64,000 bases of DNA from Eledone cirrhosa (taxonomy: Eukaryota), in assembly GCA_964016885.1 (NCBI GenBank), contig OZ024743.1, forward strand, positions 235,414,001 to 235,478,000. Reading direction: 5' to 3'. Positions 1 to 13,402 of the stretch are shown here, in pieces. Position 1 is the stretch's first letter. The number at the start of each line of letters is the position of its first letter. Position numbers and translations under genes: made by a program. The notes under the pieces are model-generated. The model had not been told where the DNA came from. It did not search any database and worked only from the letters and a program-made list of their open reading frames with translations.

Positions 1-3000
1 TAGTGGATGTTATCTAGTGGATGGTATCTAGTGGATGGTGTCTAGTGTTTAATCTCTAGTGGATGGTATCTAGTTGATGGTATCTAGTGGAAGGTGTCTA
101 GTGGTTGGTGTCTAGTGGTTGGTGTCTAGTGGATGGTGTCTAGTGGATGATGTCTAGTGAATGGTGTCTAGTGGATGGTGTCTAGTGGATGGTGTCTAGC
201 GGATTGTATCTAGCGGATGGTGTCTAGTGGATGGTATCTAGTTGATGGTATCTATGGGTGATGTCTAGTGGATGGTATTTAGGGACGTTGTCTAGTCGAT
301 GGTATCTAGTGGATGGTATCTATGGATGGTGTCTAGTGGATGGTGTCTAGTGGATGGTGTCTTGTGGATGGTATCTAGTGGATGGTATCTAGTGGATGGT
401 GTCTAGTGGATGGTATCTAGTGGATGGTATCTAGTGGATGGTGTCTAGTGGATGGTATCTAGTAGATGTTATCTATGTATTGTGTCTAGTGGATGGCGTG
501 TAGTGTCTAGTGGATGGTATCTAGTGGATGGTATCTAGTGGATGGTATCTAATGGATGGTGTCTAGTGGATGGTGTCTGGTGGATGGTGTCTAATGTATG
601 GTATCTAGTTGATGGTGTCTAGTGGATGGTATCTTGTTGATGGTGTCTAGTAGGTGGTGCCTAGTGGATGGTATCTAGTGTTTAGTGGATGGTGTCTTGT
701 GGATGGTATCTAGTGGATGGTATCTAGTGGATGGTGTCTAGTGGATGGTGTCTAGTGGATGGTATCTAGTGTATGGTGTCTAGTGGATGGTATCTAGTGG
801 ATGGTATCTAGTGGATGGTATCTAGCGGATGGAGTCTAGTAGATTGTGCCTAGTGGATGGTATGTAGTGTCTATTGGATGGTATCTTGAGGATGGTATCT
901 AGAGCATGGTATCTAGTGAATGGTGTCTAGTGGATGGTTTCTTGTGGATGGAGTCTATTGTCTAATCTCTAGTGGATGGTATTTAGTGGATGGTATCTAT
1001 GGATGGTGTCTAGTAGATGGTATCTAGTGGATGGTATCTAGTGGATGGTATCTATGCATGGTGTCTAGTGGATGGTGTCTAGTGGATGGTAGCTAGCGGA
1101 TGGTGTCTAGTGGATGGTGTCTAGTGGATGGTGTCTAGAGGATGGTGCCTATTTTATAGTGGATGGTATCTTGTGGATGGTGCCTAGTTTCTAGTGGATG
1201 GTATCTTGTGGATGGTGCCTAGTGGACGGTGTCTAGTGGATGGTATCTAGTGGATGGTGTCTAGTGGATGGTATCTAGTGGATTGTGTCTAGTGCATGGT
1301 ATCTAGTGTCTACTGTCTAGTGGATGGTGTCTAGTGGATGGTATCTAGTGGATGGTATCTAGTGGATGGTGTCTAGTGGATGGTATCTAGTGGATGGTAT
1401 CTAGTGGATGGTATCTAGTGGATGGTGTCTAGTTGATGGTATCTAGTTGATAGTGTCTAGTGGATGGTATCTATTGGATGGTGTCTAGTGGATGGTGTCT
1501 AGTGGATGGTATCTAGTGGATGGTATCTAGTGGATGGTGTCTAGTGGATGGTATCTAGTGGATAGTGTCTAGTGGATGGTGTCTATTGGATGGTGTCTAG
1601 TGGATGGTGTCTAGTGGATGGTATCTAGTGGATGGTATCTAGTGGATGGTGTCTAGTGGATGGTATCTAGTGGATAGTGTCTAGTGGATGGTATCTATTG
1701 GATGGTGTCTAGTGGATGGTGTCTAGTGGATGGTGTCTAGTGGATGGTGTCTAGTGGATGGTGTCTAGTGTCTAGTGTCTTGTGTCTAGTGGATGGTATC
1801 TAGTGGATGGTGTCTAGTGGATGGTATCTAGTGTCTAGTGGATGATTTCTGGTGTATATTGGATGGTATCTTGTGGATGGTATCTAGTGGATGGTATCTA
1901 GTGGATGGTGTCTAGTGGATGGTATCTAGTGAATGGTATCTAGTGGATGGTGTCTAGTGGATGGTGTTTAGTGGATGGTGTCTAGTGTCTAGTGGATGTT
2001 ATCCAATGTCTAGTGGATGGTATCTAGAGGATGGTATCTAGTGGATGTGGATGGTTTCTAGTGGATGGTGTCTAGTGGATGGTGTCTAGTGGATAGTATC
2101 TAGTGGATGGTGTCTAGTGGATGGTGTCTAGTGGATGGTATCAAGTGGATGCTATCTACTGGATGATGTCTAGTGTCTAATGGATGGTGTCTAGTGTCTA
2201 GTGGATGGTATCTAGTTGATGGTGTCTAGTGGATGGTGTCTAGTCGATGGTGTTTAGTGGATGGTGTTTAGTGGATGCTATCTAGTTTCTAGAGGATGGT
2301 ATCTAGTGGATGGTGTCTAGTTGATGCTATCTAGTGTCTAGTGGATGGTATCTAGTGTCTAGTGTCTAATCTCTAGTGGATGGTGTCTAGCAGATGGTAT
2401 CTAGTGGATGGTGTCTAGTGGATGGTGTCTAGTGGATGGTGTCTAGTGTCTAGTGGATCGTATCTAGTGGATGGTATCTAATGGATGGTGTCTAGTGGAT
2501 GGTATCTAATGTCTTGTGGATGGTATCTAGAGGATGGTATCTAGTGGATGGTGTCTAGTGGATGGTGTCTAGTGGATGGTATCTAGTGGATGGTGTCTAG
2601 TGTCTAGTGTCTAGTGGATGGTGTTTAGTGTCTAGTGTATGGTATCTAGTGGATTGTGTCTAGTGTCTAGTGTCTAGTGGATTGTATCTAGTGGATGGTA
2701 TCTAGTGGATGGTAGCTACTGGATGATGTCTAGTGTCTAATGGATGGCATCTAGTGTCTAGTGGATGGTGTCTAGTGGATGGTATCCTGTGGATGGTGTC
2801 TAGTTGATGCTATATAGTGTCTAGAGGATGGTATCTATTTGATGGTTTCTAGTTGATGCTATCTAGTGTCTATTGTCTAGTAGATGGTATCTATGTATTG
2901 TGTGTAGTGGATGGTGTTTAGTGTCTAGTGGATGGTATCTAGTGGATGGTATCTAGTGGATGGTGTCTAGTGGATAGTACCTAGTGGATGGTTTCTAGTG

Positions 3001-4270
3001 GATGATATCCAGTGGATGGTATCCAGTGGATGGTATCCAGTGGATGGTATCTAGTGGTTGGTGTCTAGTGGATGGTGTCTAGTGGATGGTGTCTAGTGGA
3101 TGGTTTCTAGTGGATGGTATCTTGTGGCTGGTATCTAGTGGATGGTATCTTGTGGCTGGTATCTAGTGGCTGGTATCTAGTGGATGGTATCTAGTGGATG
3201 GTGTCTAGTGGATGGTGTCTAGTGGATGGTGTCTAGTGGATGGTGTCTAATGGATGGTGTCTAGTGAATGGTGTCTAGTGGATGGTATCTTGTGGCTGGT
3301 ATCTAGTGGATGGTATCTTGTGGCTGGTATCTAGTGGATGGTGCCTAGTGGATGGTATCTAGTGGATGGTATCTAGTGGATGGTGCCTAGTGGATGGTAT
3401 CTAGTGGATGGTATCTAGTGGATGGTATCTAGTGGATGGTATCTAGTGGATGGTATCTAGTGGATGGTGTCTAGTGGATGGTATCTAGAGGATGCTATCT
3501 AGTGAATGTTGTCTAGTGGATGGTGTCTCGTGGATGATATCTAGTGGATGCTGTCTAGTGGATGGTATCTTGTGGCTGGTATCTAGTGGATGGTATCTTG
3601 TGGCTGGTATCTAGTGGATGGTATCTAGTCGATGGTATCTAGTGGATGGTGCCTAGTGGATGGTGTCTAGTGGATAGTATCTAGTGGATGGTGGCTAGTG
3701 GATGGTGTCTAGTGGATGGTGTCTAGTGGATGGTATCTAGTGGATGGTATCTAGTGGATGGTGTCTAGTGGATGGTATCTAGTGGATGGTGCCTAGTGGA
3801 TGGTGTCTAGTGGATAGTATCTAGTGGATGGTGGCTAGTGGATGGTGTCTAGTTGATGTTATCTAGTGGATGGTGTCTCGTGGATGGTATCTAGTGGATG
3901 GTGTCTAGTGGATGGTATCTAGTGGATGGTATCTAGTGGATAGTGTGTAGTGGGTGGTATCTAGTGGATGGTATCTAGTGAATGGTCTCTAGTCGATGGT
4001 GTCTAGGGGATGGTGTCTAGGGGATGGTATCTAGTGGATGGTATCTAGTGGATGGTATCTAGTGGAAGGTATCTAATGGATAGTGTCTAGTTGATGTTAT
4101 CTAGTGGATGGTGTCTAGTGGATGGTATCTAGTGAATGGTATCTAGTGGATGGTGTCTAGTGGATGGTATCTAATGGATGGTATCTAGTGGATAGTGTCT
4201 AGTTTATGGTATCTAGTGGATGGTATCTAGTGGATGGTATCTAGTGGATGGTGTCTAGTATCTAGTATTT
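1..4270. repeat. 14-bp satellite, consensus GTGGATGGTRTCTA, with occasional 7-bp GTGTCTA half units
   Basis: Continuous tandem array visible from the window start to about 4270. Confidence 0.97.
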
Positions 4271-4399
4271 AGTTTTCAATAGACATCTGTTTACTGTGAT
4301 ACAGTGTCTTTAGTGGATAACTGTTTACTATGATACAACGTAAGAGAACTCAACTATTCCACCATACCTGTCTCCTTTGCATACTCCATGTCTACCAAT

Positions 4400-4700
4400 A
4401 AGACGGGTGCTCTGATACATTCTAAGATTGTACACTCAATTGCAGAAAACCCATGTGAGATGGATTGAACATGTCTCTCAAATATCAAGCACCCACATCC
4501 TGGAACAGCTCCATATGGTAAACTCTATCTGGGAATCTATGCAGGTAGAAAGAGGGCAGTTTAAATCCATCTATAAAATAAGCTCAACACTTAGGTTGAC
4601 TTTTGAGAATTACTTGCCCTTAAATCACCGAAACTGGCACCGTCTGGTTTACACTGGTATCCAAACAGTGAAAAGTAAAAACACTGTTGCAACTGAAAAG
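4400..4700 (+). pseudogene. Degenerate RTE(BovB-like) LINE ORF C-terminal fragment
   Basis: QLQKTHVRWIEHVSQ..HILEQL, followed by a frameshifted YGKL and later HRNWHRLVYTG. This resembles the RTE C-terminus LRWxGHVxR..PKQLLYGEL..DRxxWR. Confidence 0.5.
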
Positions 4701-4932
4701 AAACATTCATCTGAAAAGATGAAATGTACAAATAACCCCGGCTCAACGTTTTCTTTTTGGATTGTTTTATTCATAGTAATATTTTTATTTTGTTTTTAGT
4801 TATTGAACCTGGCTCAAAATTCAATTTTTTGCTTTTAAATCATTTGTCTCTGCCCACATTTCCTTTGTTATATTATTAGACCTTTAACCCCGGCTCAAGT
4901 TCTTATGATTGTTTTTATTTCTAATTCATTAA

Positions 4933-5912
4933 TCTACTTATATATATAACCAGCAATTTCTCTGTCTGTCTGTCCGACAGTGGAAACACGTGCGTAGAGA
5001 GAGAGTGAGAGTGAAAGAAAGAGACAGACTACGAGAGGGGGATAGCGGGAGGGAGAGAGGGAGAGAGTGAGAGAGTGAATAGACGCTAAAACACGTGCTA
5101 CAGAAATATTACCTTCCCCTTCCTTTATAGAAACATTACCTTCCCCTCTCCACTGACTTTGGTCACTGAGGCCGAGGGAATCGCTGGTTGCTATAGAGAC
5201 ACCTTGCACAAGCCAGAATTAACCAGTTCAAGGCGGTTCTGACTTGACACCATGCGAAGAAGGTTGCCATTGAATTTGTGGTTTGAAGAAGGTTGCCATT
5301 GAATTTGTGGTTGTTGCTGCTGATAATAAGGACCATTTGAAGAAGGTTGCTTTGCTGCTGATGAGGTAATTTATTAATCAGATTGCGCAGTTCCATAACC
5401 TACGTTTGATTTGTTCAATTTTTTCTTCAATTTTTGTTGTTGTTTTTTTAAATTTCTTATTGAAAAAATATAAATAATAAAATAAGGTTAGAAATTTAAA
5501 TACAATTAAATACGATTTAATTTCCATTTCCAGCAGCCAATGTCCAGTGTTCAATTTCATGAAAAAATTGGAAATAATTCAAAAAATTGAAGCTTAACTT
5601 TTGAACATTTGTTTTGACAATAAAAAAATATTTCCTTATTCACACCTAATGGTATGATTAAAATTTCATAGGAATATTTTTTTCTAACCGCCAGTTATTT
5701 ATTTTTTCCTTTTTCGTTTTAACATATATATTTATTTCAAAGATTTCACCGTATAGATAACATATATATTTATACTCGTACATGCATAAAAGACACACCG
5801 AGAGACGGTGAACATGTGGTGCCGAAAACATTTCTCATCCAAATATCAACAATATCAGTATATACACTAGATTTGCTAGCAGAAAACCGCCCACCGGGTG
5901 GTTTTCTGCTAG
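4933..5912 (+). mobile_element. Non-autonomous Helitron-like element 1
   Basis: Starts A|TCTAC..gcaatttctctgtctgtctg and ends in a 37-bp near-perfect palindrome (5876-5912) terminating in CTAG. Has internal gaaggttgccattgaatttgtgg repeats and no TSD. Confidence 0.55.
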
Positions 5913-6705
5913 TCTATATACATAAATGGCAATTTCTGTCTGTTTGTTTGTGAACTTAAAACTCAAAAACTACCAAACCGATCTTGATGAAACTTGACAC
6001 GTGTGTGGGGGCTCATGCCCATTTCATTTCTTACATATATTTCATTTTAATCAAACGGTTCCCCGCGTGTTCAAAGCCCCGCTGAGAAACCCCGCTTAAT
6101 TTTTTCCCTTCGATTCATATGAAATGTAAACCATAGGTAAATGACAAGCTATGATGCCTATTCACAAAATTTCAGCAAATTTCGATAATATTACGACACC
6201 CTAATGGGGGTTAAACCCCCTATAGGGAAAATTTTGGCCAATAAATGGAACAAGATTTCACGAACTCCTCCTTTGGTTTTGGAGATAGACTCCCCCATAA
6301 CCATATATATTCTGAAACTACATTACCCAGGGTACAAAACCCGGAGGCACAAAACCCCCGCTGAAAGTTTTTCCCTTCGATTTATATGAAATTTAAACCA
6401 TAGGTAAAAGACAAGATATGATGCCTATTCACAAAATTTAAGCAAATTTCAATAATATTAAGACACTCTAATGGGGTTCTATTTTTTTCCTTATAGCAAT
6501 ACTCAACTTCTCTGACAAACATTTTCTCGCCTGACAATGCAATCAACAATATTTGTTTGTATTATTGTTTCGTAAATGAATTTGTCTTCGCTTCTGATTA
6601 TCTGTCCTATATTTTGATTCCATTTTTGGTCTAAGAGGCATTGGGCATTTTAATGGGAACTGGGAATACCCCCCGCTCCCGGGTATTACCGGGTACCTCA
6701 GCTAG
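5913..6705 (+). mobile_element. Non-autonomous Helitron-like element 2
   Basis: 5' TCTATA..gcaatttctgtctgtttg, a subterminal CCCGG-gtatta-CCGGG hairpin, then CTAG|T. Internal ~130-bp direct repeats at 6075-6210 and 6353-6478. Confidence 0.7.
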
Positions 6706-7157
6706 TGTCTAATAATTGTTTTCTAGTTCACTGACGCCAGTTCAAATTTCATTTTTTTATTTGTTTTTAACTCATTCACATGGACTCAAATTTATTTTTT
6801 TGTTTTTAGTTCATTGACCCTGCTCAAATTATATTTGTTTTGTCATTAGTTCATTGACCTTGGCTCAGCGTTATATTGTTTTCTTGTTATTAACAACGTT
6901 TAAAAGCTTTCACAAGTGCAACACATTATGAAAGATGAATCTATCTGCAATAAATTTAATATATAAATCTCCTTCTAAATATTTCAGTCATATTCTTATA
7001 TAAATATGTCAAATTAGTTTCAAGCATTTGTTGGACTTCAAAGTGGGAATGAATCATTTGCGGTGTTCAATGTTGATTACAAGAGACATCATATATTACC
7101 CATCATCTATTGTGACAATCAGGCTGTCAAAACATACAGATACACACAAACATACAG

Positions 7158-7246
<89 letters not shown>

Positions 7247-7373
7247 CTTACGCACGTGCACAAGTATAGCTCTTTTTACAAAACGTTTTTTTTTCCATTT
7301 TAGGTAGACGCGCTCCATCATCTACTTTTCTAAAAAATAAATCATACACAAAACGCCAGTACCAACAGTTTTG

Positions 7374-7594
7374 CAAGAGATGTCAACAGGAATGGACCTG
7401 TTATTTTTATCTAAAGACATTTTTTCCAATTCCAACCCTGCCCGTCCCCTCAATCTATTTTATTTCTCATTATTTCTTCTTGTGAAGGACTAGCGTCCGA
7501 AATGTTAAGACCCTCTTCCTGCTATATCAAGCGTTAACCTAATATATACCTTCCATATAGTGTACCGATTGTGTTGTTATTTCTGTTTACCTTT

Positions 7595-7600
<6 letters not shown>
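7374..7600 (+). mobile_element. Short PLE-tail/retrozyme-like unit with a degenerate hammerhead (copy of 10324-10550)
   Basis: About 220 bp near-identical to 10324-10550. The core is mutated (tgtgaaggac tagc gtccgaaat) and the unit ends in (TA)n. Confidence 0.75.
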
Positions 7601-7664
<64 letters not shown>

Positions 7665-7666
<2 letters not shown>

Positions 7667-7775
7667 AGGTTGTAAGTTCGATTCCCGAAAGGAACTGTGT
7701 GTTATTTTCTTGAGAAAGACACTTTATTTCATTTTGCTCCAGTTCACTCAGCTGTAGAAATGAGTCGCGACGTCA
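7665..7775 (+). mobile_element. CORE-like tRNA SINE fragment
   Basis: B-box-like gttcgattcc followed by cttgagaaagacactttatttca, shared with 34468 and 38612. Confidence 0.6.
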
Positions 7776-8369
7776 CTGGCGCTGTTGTGTCTACATTAAT
7801 GTTTCTCTCCTATTCTCGCCTATCCGTATTTATTCCCTTTCTTTCATTACGCGTAACATGTTCCAGTCACTTATTGGCCACTCATCGGCCAATCACACAC
7901 AGTCTTCATATTGATTGGCTCGCCCGTCCAATAAGATCTTGGACCCAACGTGTGCGCACACGCATGTGAACGTGACACTATACTCTGTATATCGTGCTTT
8001 GTTTGCAGCTCCGTGCCATCCTGCGTACAGTTATACTTACGTTGTTTAATACAACTTCCTACCGTCTTTACACTTGTTCTTACTTGCGAACCCGTACACA
8101 ACAGGTGCCAAGCTGTATCATCCATTGCATTTCCACTGGACAACATCGGTGGCGTGGAGGTGGGAGACTGGTATACATGGGAGACTGCTGGTGTTCTACA
8201 AACAACCTTGCCTGGACTTGTGCCTCGGAGGGGAGCTTTCTAGGTGCAAATCCCATGGTCATTCGTGACCGAAGAGGGGCTTTACCCTATATATATATAT
8301 ATATGCAGCAGCTGTGCTGAAACAGCAAGCAAACAGCCACAGGAAACAAGTACCACCAATCTCTGGGAG

Positions 8370-8975
8370 GGCCCTGTAGAAACAGTAGACAGCTTCTGCT
8401 ACCTAGGTGACCGAATTAGCAACGGAGGTGGGTGCTCAGAAAGTACAATAACTAGGGTAAGAACGGGATGGAAGAAGTTTAGGGAACTACTACCACTGCT
8501 AGCTGCAAAAGGCTTCTCCCTCAGAATGAAAGGCAGACTGTATGATGCGTGTATCCGAACAGCGATGTTGCATGGTAGTGAGACCTGGGCGCTGAAGGTG
8601 GAAGACTTACGTAGATTAGAGAGAAACGAAGCCTGCATGCTCCGATGGATGTGTAACAGTAATATACGTGAACGACAAAGCATAAAGGAATTGAGAGAGA
8701 GACTGAGCATAAGAGGAATCAAATGCTGCGTGCAGGAGAGGCGGTTACGCTGGTATGGACATGTGATGCGTATGAAGGATGACAGCTGCATAAAAAGGTG
8801 CAGAGCACTAGAAGTTGATGGAAACCGCGGAGTGGGGAGACCCAAGATGACTTGGGATGAGGTGATAAAAGCCGACCTTACCCAACTACACCTCTCAAAG
8901 TCAATGACACACGACCGTGACTTCTGGCGTCACGCAGTAATACAGGGTACCCGACCTCCCATGGGTACATGCTGA
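8370..8975 (+). pseudogene. 5'-truncated RTE-clade LINE, C-terminal part of the RT ORF
   Basis: Motifs VDSFCYLGD, GWKKFRELLPLL, KGRLYDACIRTAMLHGSETW, RLRWYGHVMR, GRPKMTW and DRDFWR. Confidence 0.9.
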
Positions 8976-9263
8976 AGCATATAAACAATATGCCCCCCCC
9001 CCCCACCGCAAGGTGGTCGTGGAGGTGCCACGGCAAAAAAAGCACCCAGCCCACACTGTAAAGTGGACGTGTAGGCGCCACGAAAAAGCACCCAGCACTC
9101 ACTGTAAATGAGGTTGGTGTTAGGAAGGGCATCCAGCTGTAGAAATCAAGCCAAATCAGTTCCTGTATGAGCAAGGCATGGTCAGCCGACCAGACACTGC
9201 CCACAACAGGACAACCCGTCTAACCCATGCTAACGTGGAAGAACGGACGTAAAACGGTGATGA

Positions 9264-9267
<4 letters not shown>
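8976..9267 (+). mobile_element. 3' tail of the RTE element or an adjoining SINE-like segment ending in (TGA)n
   Basis: Contains ggttggtgttaggaagggcatccagctgtagaaa, resembling the conserved domain of RTE-associated (Meta-type) SINEs. Ends cggacgtaaaacggtgatgatgat. Confidence 0.6.
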
Positions 9268-9299
<32 letters not shown>

Positions 9300-9543
9300 C
9301 GAAGGAATTGTGGTAAGGAACCAGATGGACCATAACGCACCAAAGTACTCAATACTTAGGGTAGTAGAGTGGGTAATAGGAACAAGTATGACCCCGACGG
9401 CAGAGCTCAAGCCGTTTCGATGGCTATTTCAGTCCAGAAATAGCCGTCGAAACGGTTGAGCTCTGCCGTCGGGGTCATACTTGTTCCTATATATATACGC
9501 GTTCGTACGGTTGTCCTTCCTGTTCCTATAACCATGCCCATTA

Positions 9544-9581
9544 CGAGCTGAGGATCCGCTAAGGTGAAACAATTGTTCTCG
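9544..9581 (+). ncRNA. Minimal type I hammerhead ribozyme
   Basis: cgag-CTGAGGA-TCCGCTAAGGT-GAAACAATTGTT-ctcg. Stem I is cgag/ctcg and stem III is the palindrome ACAATTGT. Identical to 13336. Confidence 0.85.
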
Positions 9582-9676
9582 GTATGGTGAACTAACTGTT
9601 GTGTAACCACTTCTACCTAACTCGTCCCATGGACTGAGTGCTCTACCACTACGGATATTACCTTTCAGTGTTCCAC

Positions 9677-9742
<66 letters not shown>

Positions 9743-9782
9743 ATATATATAATTCGAAAGTGAACAATACAGAATATAACTA

Positions 9783-9850
9783 CTCCGTTACCAAAGGTTT
9801 CTGGATTACAGACGATAATAATATAAGTCTGGATCGGTCGTCAGACAGAG
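9783..9850 (-). ncRNA. Type I hammerhead ribozyme
   Basis: Minus strand: ctctgt-CTGACGA-CCGATCCAGAC..GTCTGTAATCCA-GAAACCTTTGGTA-acggag. Stem I is 6 bp and the cleavage site is GUA. Confidence 0.85.
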
Positions 9851-9972
9851 ATGTTAACATCAAACCTTTGATAATGGAGTAGTTATATTTTGTGTTGTTC
9901 ACTTTCTAATTAAATAGCTCTGTTCTATACATAGAGCACTCTTTTTTTCCTTTGCTTTTCCTTCCGAATTCC

Positions 9973-10058
<86 letters not shown>

Positions 10059-10209
10059 CCTCCCCCTCACCTATCACACATACCCAAACATTCCTTCTAA
10101 CAAAACCACCAATCAATACAAACTAAAACTGACCACCATAAATGAATGTGAATTGTTATATACTTTTTCAAAGCCGTAAGAGTATCATTCTGTTATTACT
10201 AGAATAGAA

Positions 10210-10292
10210 GTCCGACGAGCTTTTGATTCCAGAGTCGGGCTAGATCGATACAGATAGAACCTTGGGCTGATCAATAGCGAAACGTGCGTCAC
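10210..10292 (+). ncRNA. Hammerhead-like motif with a core substitution (CCGACGA)
   Basis: gt-CCGACGA-GCTTTTGAT..ATCAATAGC-GAAACGTGCGTC-ac, followed by AATAAA. Confidence 0.6.
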
Positions 10293-10424
10293 ACCTCAAT
10301 AAACTTAACTTCATTGTATATATGCAAGAGATGTCAACACGAATGGACCTGTTATTTTTATCTAAAGACCTTTTTTCAAATTCCATCCCGCCCGTCCCCT
10401 CAATCTATTTTATTTCTCATTCTT

Positions 10425-10460
10425 TCTTCTGATGAAGGACTAGCGTCCGAAACGTTAAGA
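10425..10460 (+). ncRNA. Minimal type I hammerhead ribozyme
   Basis: tctt-CTGATGA-AGGAC-TAGC-GTCC-GAAACGTT-aaga, with palindromic AACGTT in place of stem III. Confidence 0.88.
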
Positions 10461-10542
10461 CCCTCTTCTTGTTATATCAAGCGTTAACCTAATATATCCC
10501 TTCCATATACTCTACCGATTGTGTTGTTATTTGTTTACATTT

Positions 10543-10629
<87 letters not shown>

Positions 10630-10888
10630 TTCAAGGGTAAACCAATCTTAAAGAGAGAGATGGAGATAGGAGAGGAGAAGAGAGATTGGGGAATTAGTTA
10701 GAAGCCAAAAGCGTAAAGGCATGTGCTCAATGTGCAATATGTAGTGGAAGGCAACTAGATGGCTGGGTTCATGCAGAGGTTAGGTGCACAGAGATGGAAA
10801 TAATCATTAGTTAAGCAAAACAAGACCACAAATTTCACGAGGAAGACATTATTTAAAGATTGTCAACATAGTTGTAGTTTAATGTAAG

Positions 10889-10923
<35 letters not shown>

Positions 10924-11173
10924 TCCGTTTACAATTGTTTCGCTACTCCATATAATGTTTCTGGATCAAATGATTATAGATCATTATTGATCTGGTTCAG
11001 ATGAAAATAATTAACTTAGGTAAAAATGGAGCAGTTCATCGGAACTTCAAAAGAGATAATGAAATATTGATAAAGGTACGATGGAATGAGGAATATATAG
11101 TAAGGTAAAGAAAGATGGTTACATGAATGTAATGTTCCATATATTGGTATTTCACTATGGTGTCCTGGGTCTA

Positions 11174-11333
11174 TCTATTGTCTGCTATAGGCGAGCAATA
11201 TTCTTCTGTCGAGGCTGCATTATGCGAGATCTGCCTATGGGTAACAAGATGGCCGCCTCTTATTACGCATAGGCAGATCTCGCTTAATACAGCCTCAACA
11301 GAAGAATATTGCTCGCCTATAGCAGACAATAGG
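11174..11333. repeat. Inverted repeat, ~65-bp arms
   Basis: ctattgtctgctataggcgagc..ctgcctatg is the reverse complement of cataggcag..gcagacaatag. Confidence 0.9.
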
Positions 11334-11830
11334 TAGGCCTAAACAAAAATTAACGTTCAATCTTCTGCTCACACATTATAACATGCAGACCCCCACTATA
11401 TTTACCTCTGTTATAATATATATCTCTGTTAAGATACGGGTCCTTTAGAATAAAAATGTTTTGTGCCACTCCTGGCCTGACTAGCTTGACATTAGTACGG
11501 ACTTCTCTTCCTCTTTCTTTCTGCCTTGCTTCTTGTAGCTCGACATTAACGCTGACGTTTCTTCTTCCTTTTCTTCTCCCTTCTTTCTGTCTTTTTTCGT
11601 GTAGCATGATATTAACGCTGACTTATCTTCCTCTCCCTTTCTATTTGACCGGCAGGGTAGTAGCATACTAAAAGCTTTATCCACCTCATCAGATGGCCTC
11701 AAGTAGACCGAATAGCCAACACTTGAGGGCGACCGGCTAAAGTGGAAGATGCTAGATGGTCGGTCGTCCTCCTGTCTTTGATTTTCAGCCCCATGGATTT
11801 TACCTATTACATTCATTTATTGTATTTCGA

Positions 11831-11888
11831 ATACCTGATGATATCACCGGATTCATACGGAACCCGGTCATTGAAATGATCATAGTAT
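11831..11888 (+). ncRNA. Type I hammerhead ribozyme
   Basis: atac-CTGATGA-TATCACCGG..CCGGTCATT-GAAATGATCATA-gtat, with palindromic ATGATCAT and AATAAA downstream. Confidence 0.85.
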
Positions 11889-11946
11889 AATAAACATTCA
11901 AGGATTTACACAAGTCCAGTCTCCTGTCATTTTATTATAATATTAT

Positions 11947-11989
<43 letters not shown>

Positions 11990-12132
11990 AAGAAGAGGTT
12001 TAGGATTTCCGAAAAAGATGAGAGAAGTCAATCTCGAACAAAAGTTGTAATGTATGATTTTTTTTATAAAACGTTAACAAATTAGGTATATCATGATACG
12101 TGTTACATTGCAGCAAACAGAGGGAGGGATTG

Positions 12133-12222
<90 letters not shown>

Positions 12223-12274
12223 TAGATAGATATAGATATAGATATAGATAGATATAGATGTACAGTATATATAT

Positions 12275-12416
12275 ATTAAAATAACAGATTAAAGTTTAAG
12301 CAAAGAATCGCTGCTTTCACCCTTAACGGGATCTTCTGAAGATCTGAAGTTTCAGAAGATCCCGTCAAGGGTGAAAGCAGCGATTCTTTGCTTAAACTTT
12401 AATCTGTTATTTTAAT
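12275..12416. repeat. Foldback with ~65-bp arms carrying a degenerate hammerhead-like motif
   Basis: The arms are reverse complements. Each reads CAGAAGA-TCCC-GTYAA-GGGT-GAAAGC, but there is no canonical UH site. Confidence 0.75.
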
Positions 12417-12508
12417 AAATATTTGCTCTACGGTTCTTATATATTTGATATATATATATATTGTCCTTATCGAGCCCTCTTTGGATTTTAGTCTATATAT
12501 ATATATAT

Positions 12509-13402
12509 AAAAGTAAGCGCAACAATAGACAAACTATCTGGTTCTCTCCCCCTTCTCACTCAACGTTAAAATCAATGTAGGAAAAACATTTCTAGCCCTC
12601 TTAGATAGACACTTCCCCATAGGTCATAAATACCGCTCCATCTTTAACCGACACAAAGTTAAACTAGGATACTCCTGCGCTAAGAACATGAAGGCCCACA
12701 TCACCAGCAACACCCCACCAGGGTGCTCTTGCCGTAAGCCTGAAGCTGGCCCCCTTCAACAGCAATGCAACACACCAGCTGTAATCTATGAAGCTGTGGT
12801 CACTTACAACCGACCAAACGAACCACAGGAGGTCAAATCCTATGTGGGTATGGCGGAGAGCCGATTCAAGGAACGTTTCCTGAACCACCAGTCTACCTTC
12901 AGGTACCCGGACAGACGTTCATCCACGAAACTCGCGAGCCACGTATGGTCCCTCAAGGACTCAAGTATAGACTACTCCATTCAATGGAAAGCCATCACTA
13001 AGTCCAAGCCATACGCAAGGGGAAATCCGACGTGTGGCTTATGTATTAACGAACGAATAACTATTCTAAAGAGATTACGCAATAGTGATTGCCTAAACAC
13101 AAGGAGTGAATTTTTCACACGTTGTCCACACGTCGCCAAACACCTATTGCATAATTACAAGGCTCCGGACTGATTCTTTGTAATTTTATTTTCAACCAAA
13201 AAACTTTTCGAAATTTCGCAGTTATCTCCCTTACACCTCTCGCACGCAGTCTAGTATTGCCTGTGTGAAGTGACCGGGTTTTTGCGCATGCGCGTTCGTA
13301 CGGTTGTGCTTCCTCTTCCTATAACCATGCCCATTCGAGCTGAGGATCCGCTAAGGTGAAACAATTGTTCTCGGTATGGTGAACTAACTGTTGTGTAACC
13401 AC

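Noticed and set aside
1-4270. Telomeric repeat at the window start
   Set aside because: The unit is a 14-bp satellite, not TTAGGG.
10947-11003. Minus-strand hairpin flanked by CTGAA and GAAAC
   Set aside because: The core lacks two bases and stem I is poor. At best it is a relic, so it was not counted.
11636-11697. Minus-strand CTGATGAG as a hammerhead
   Set aside because: I found no properly placed stem II-GAAA-UH or stem I.
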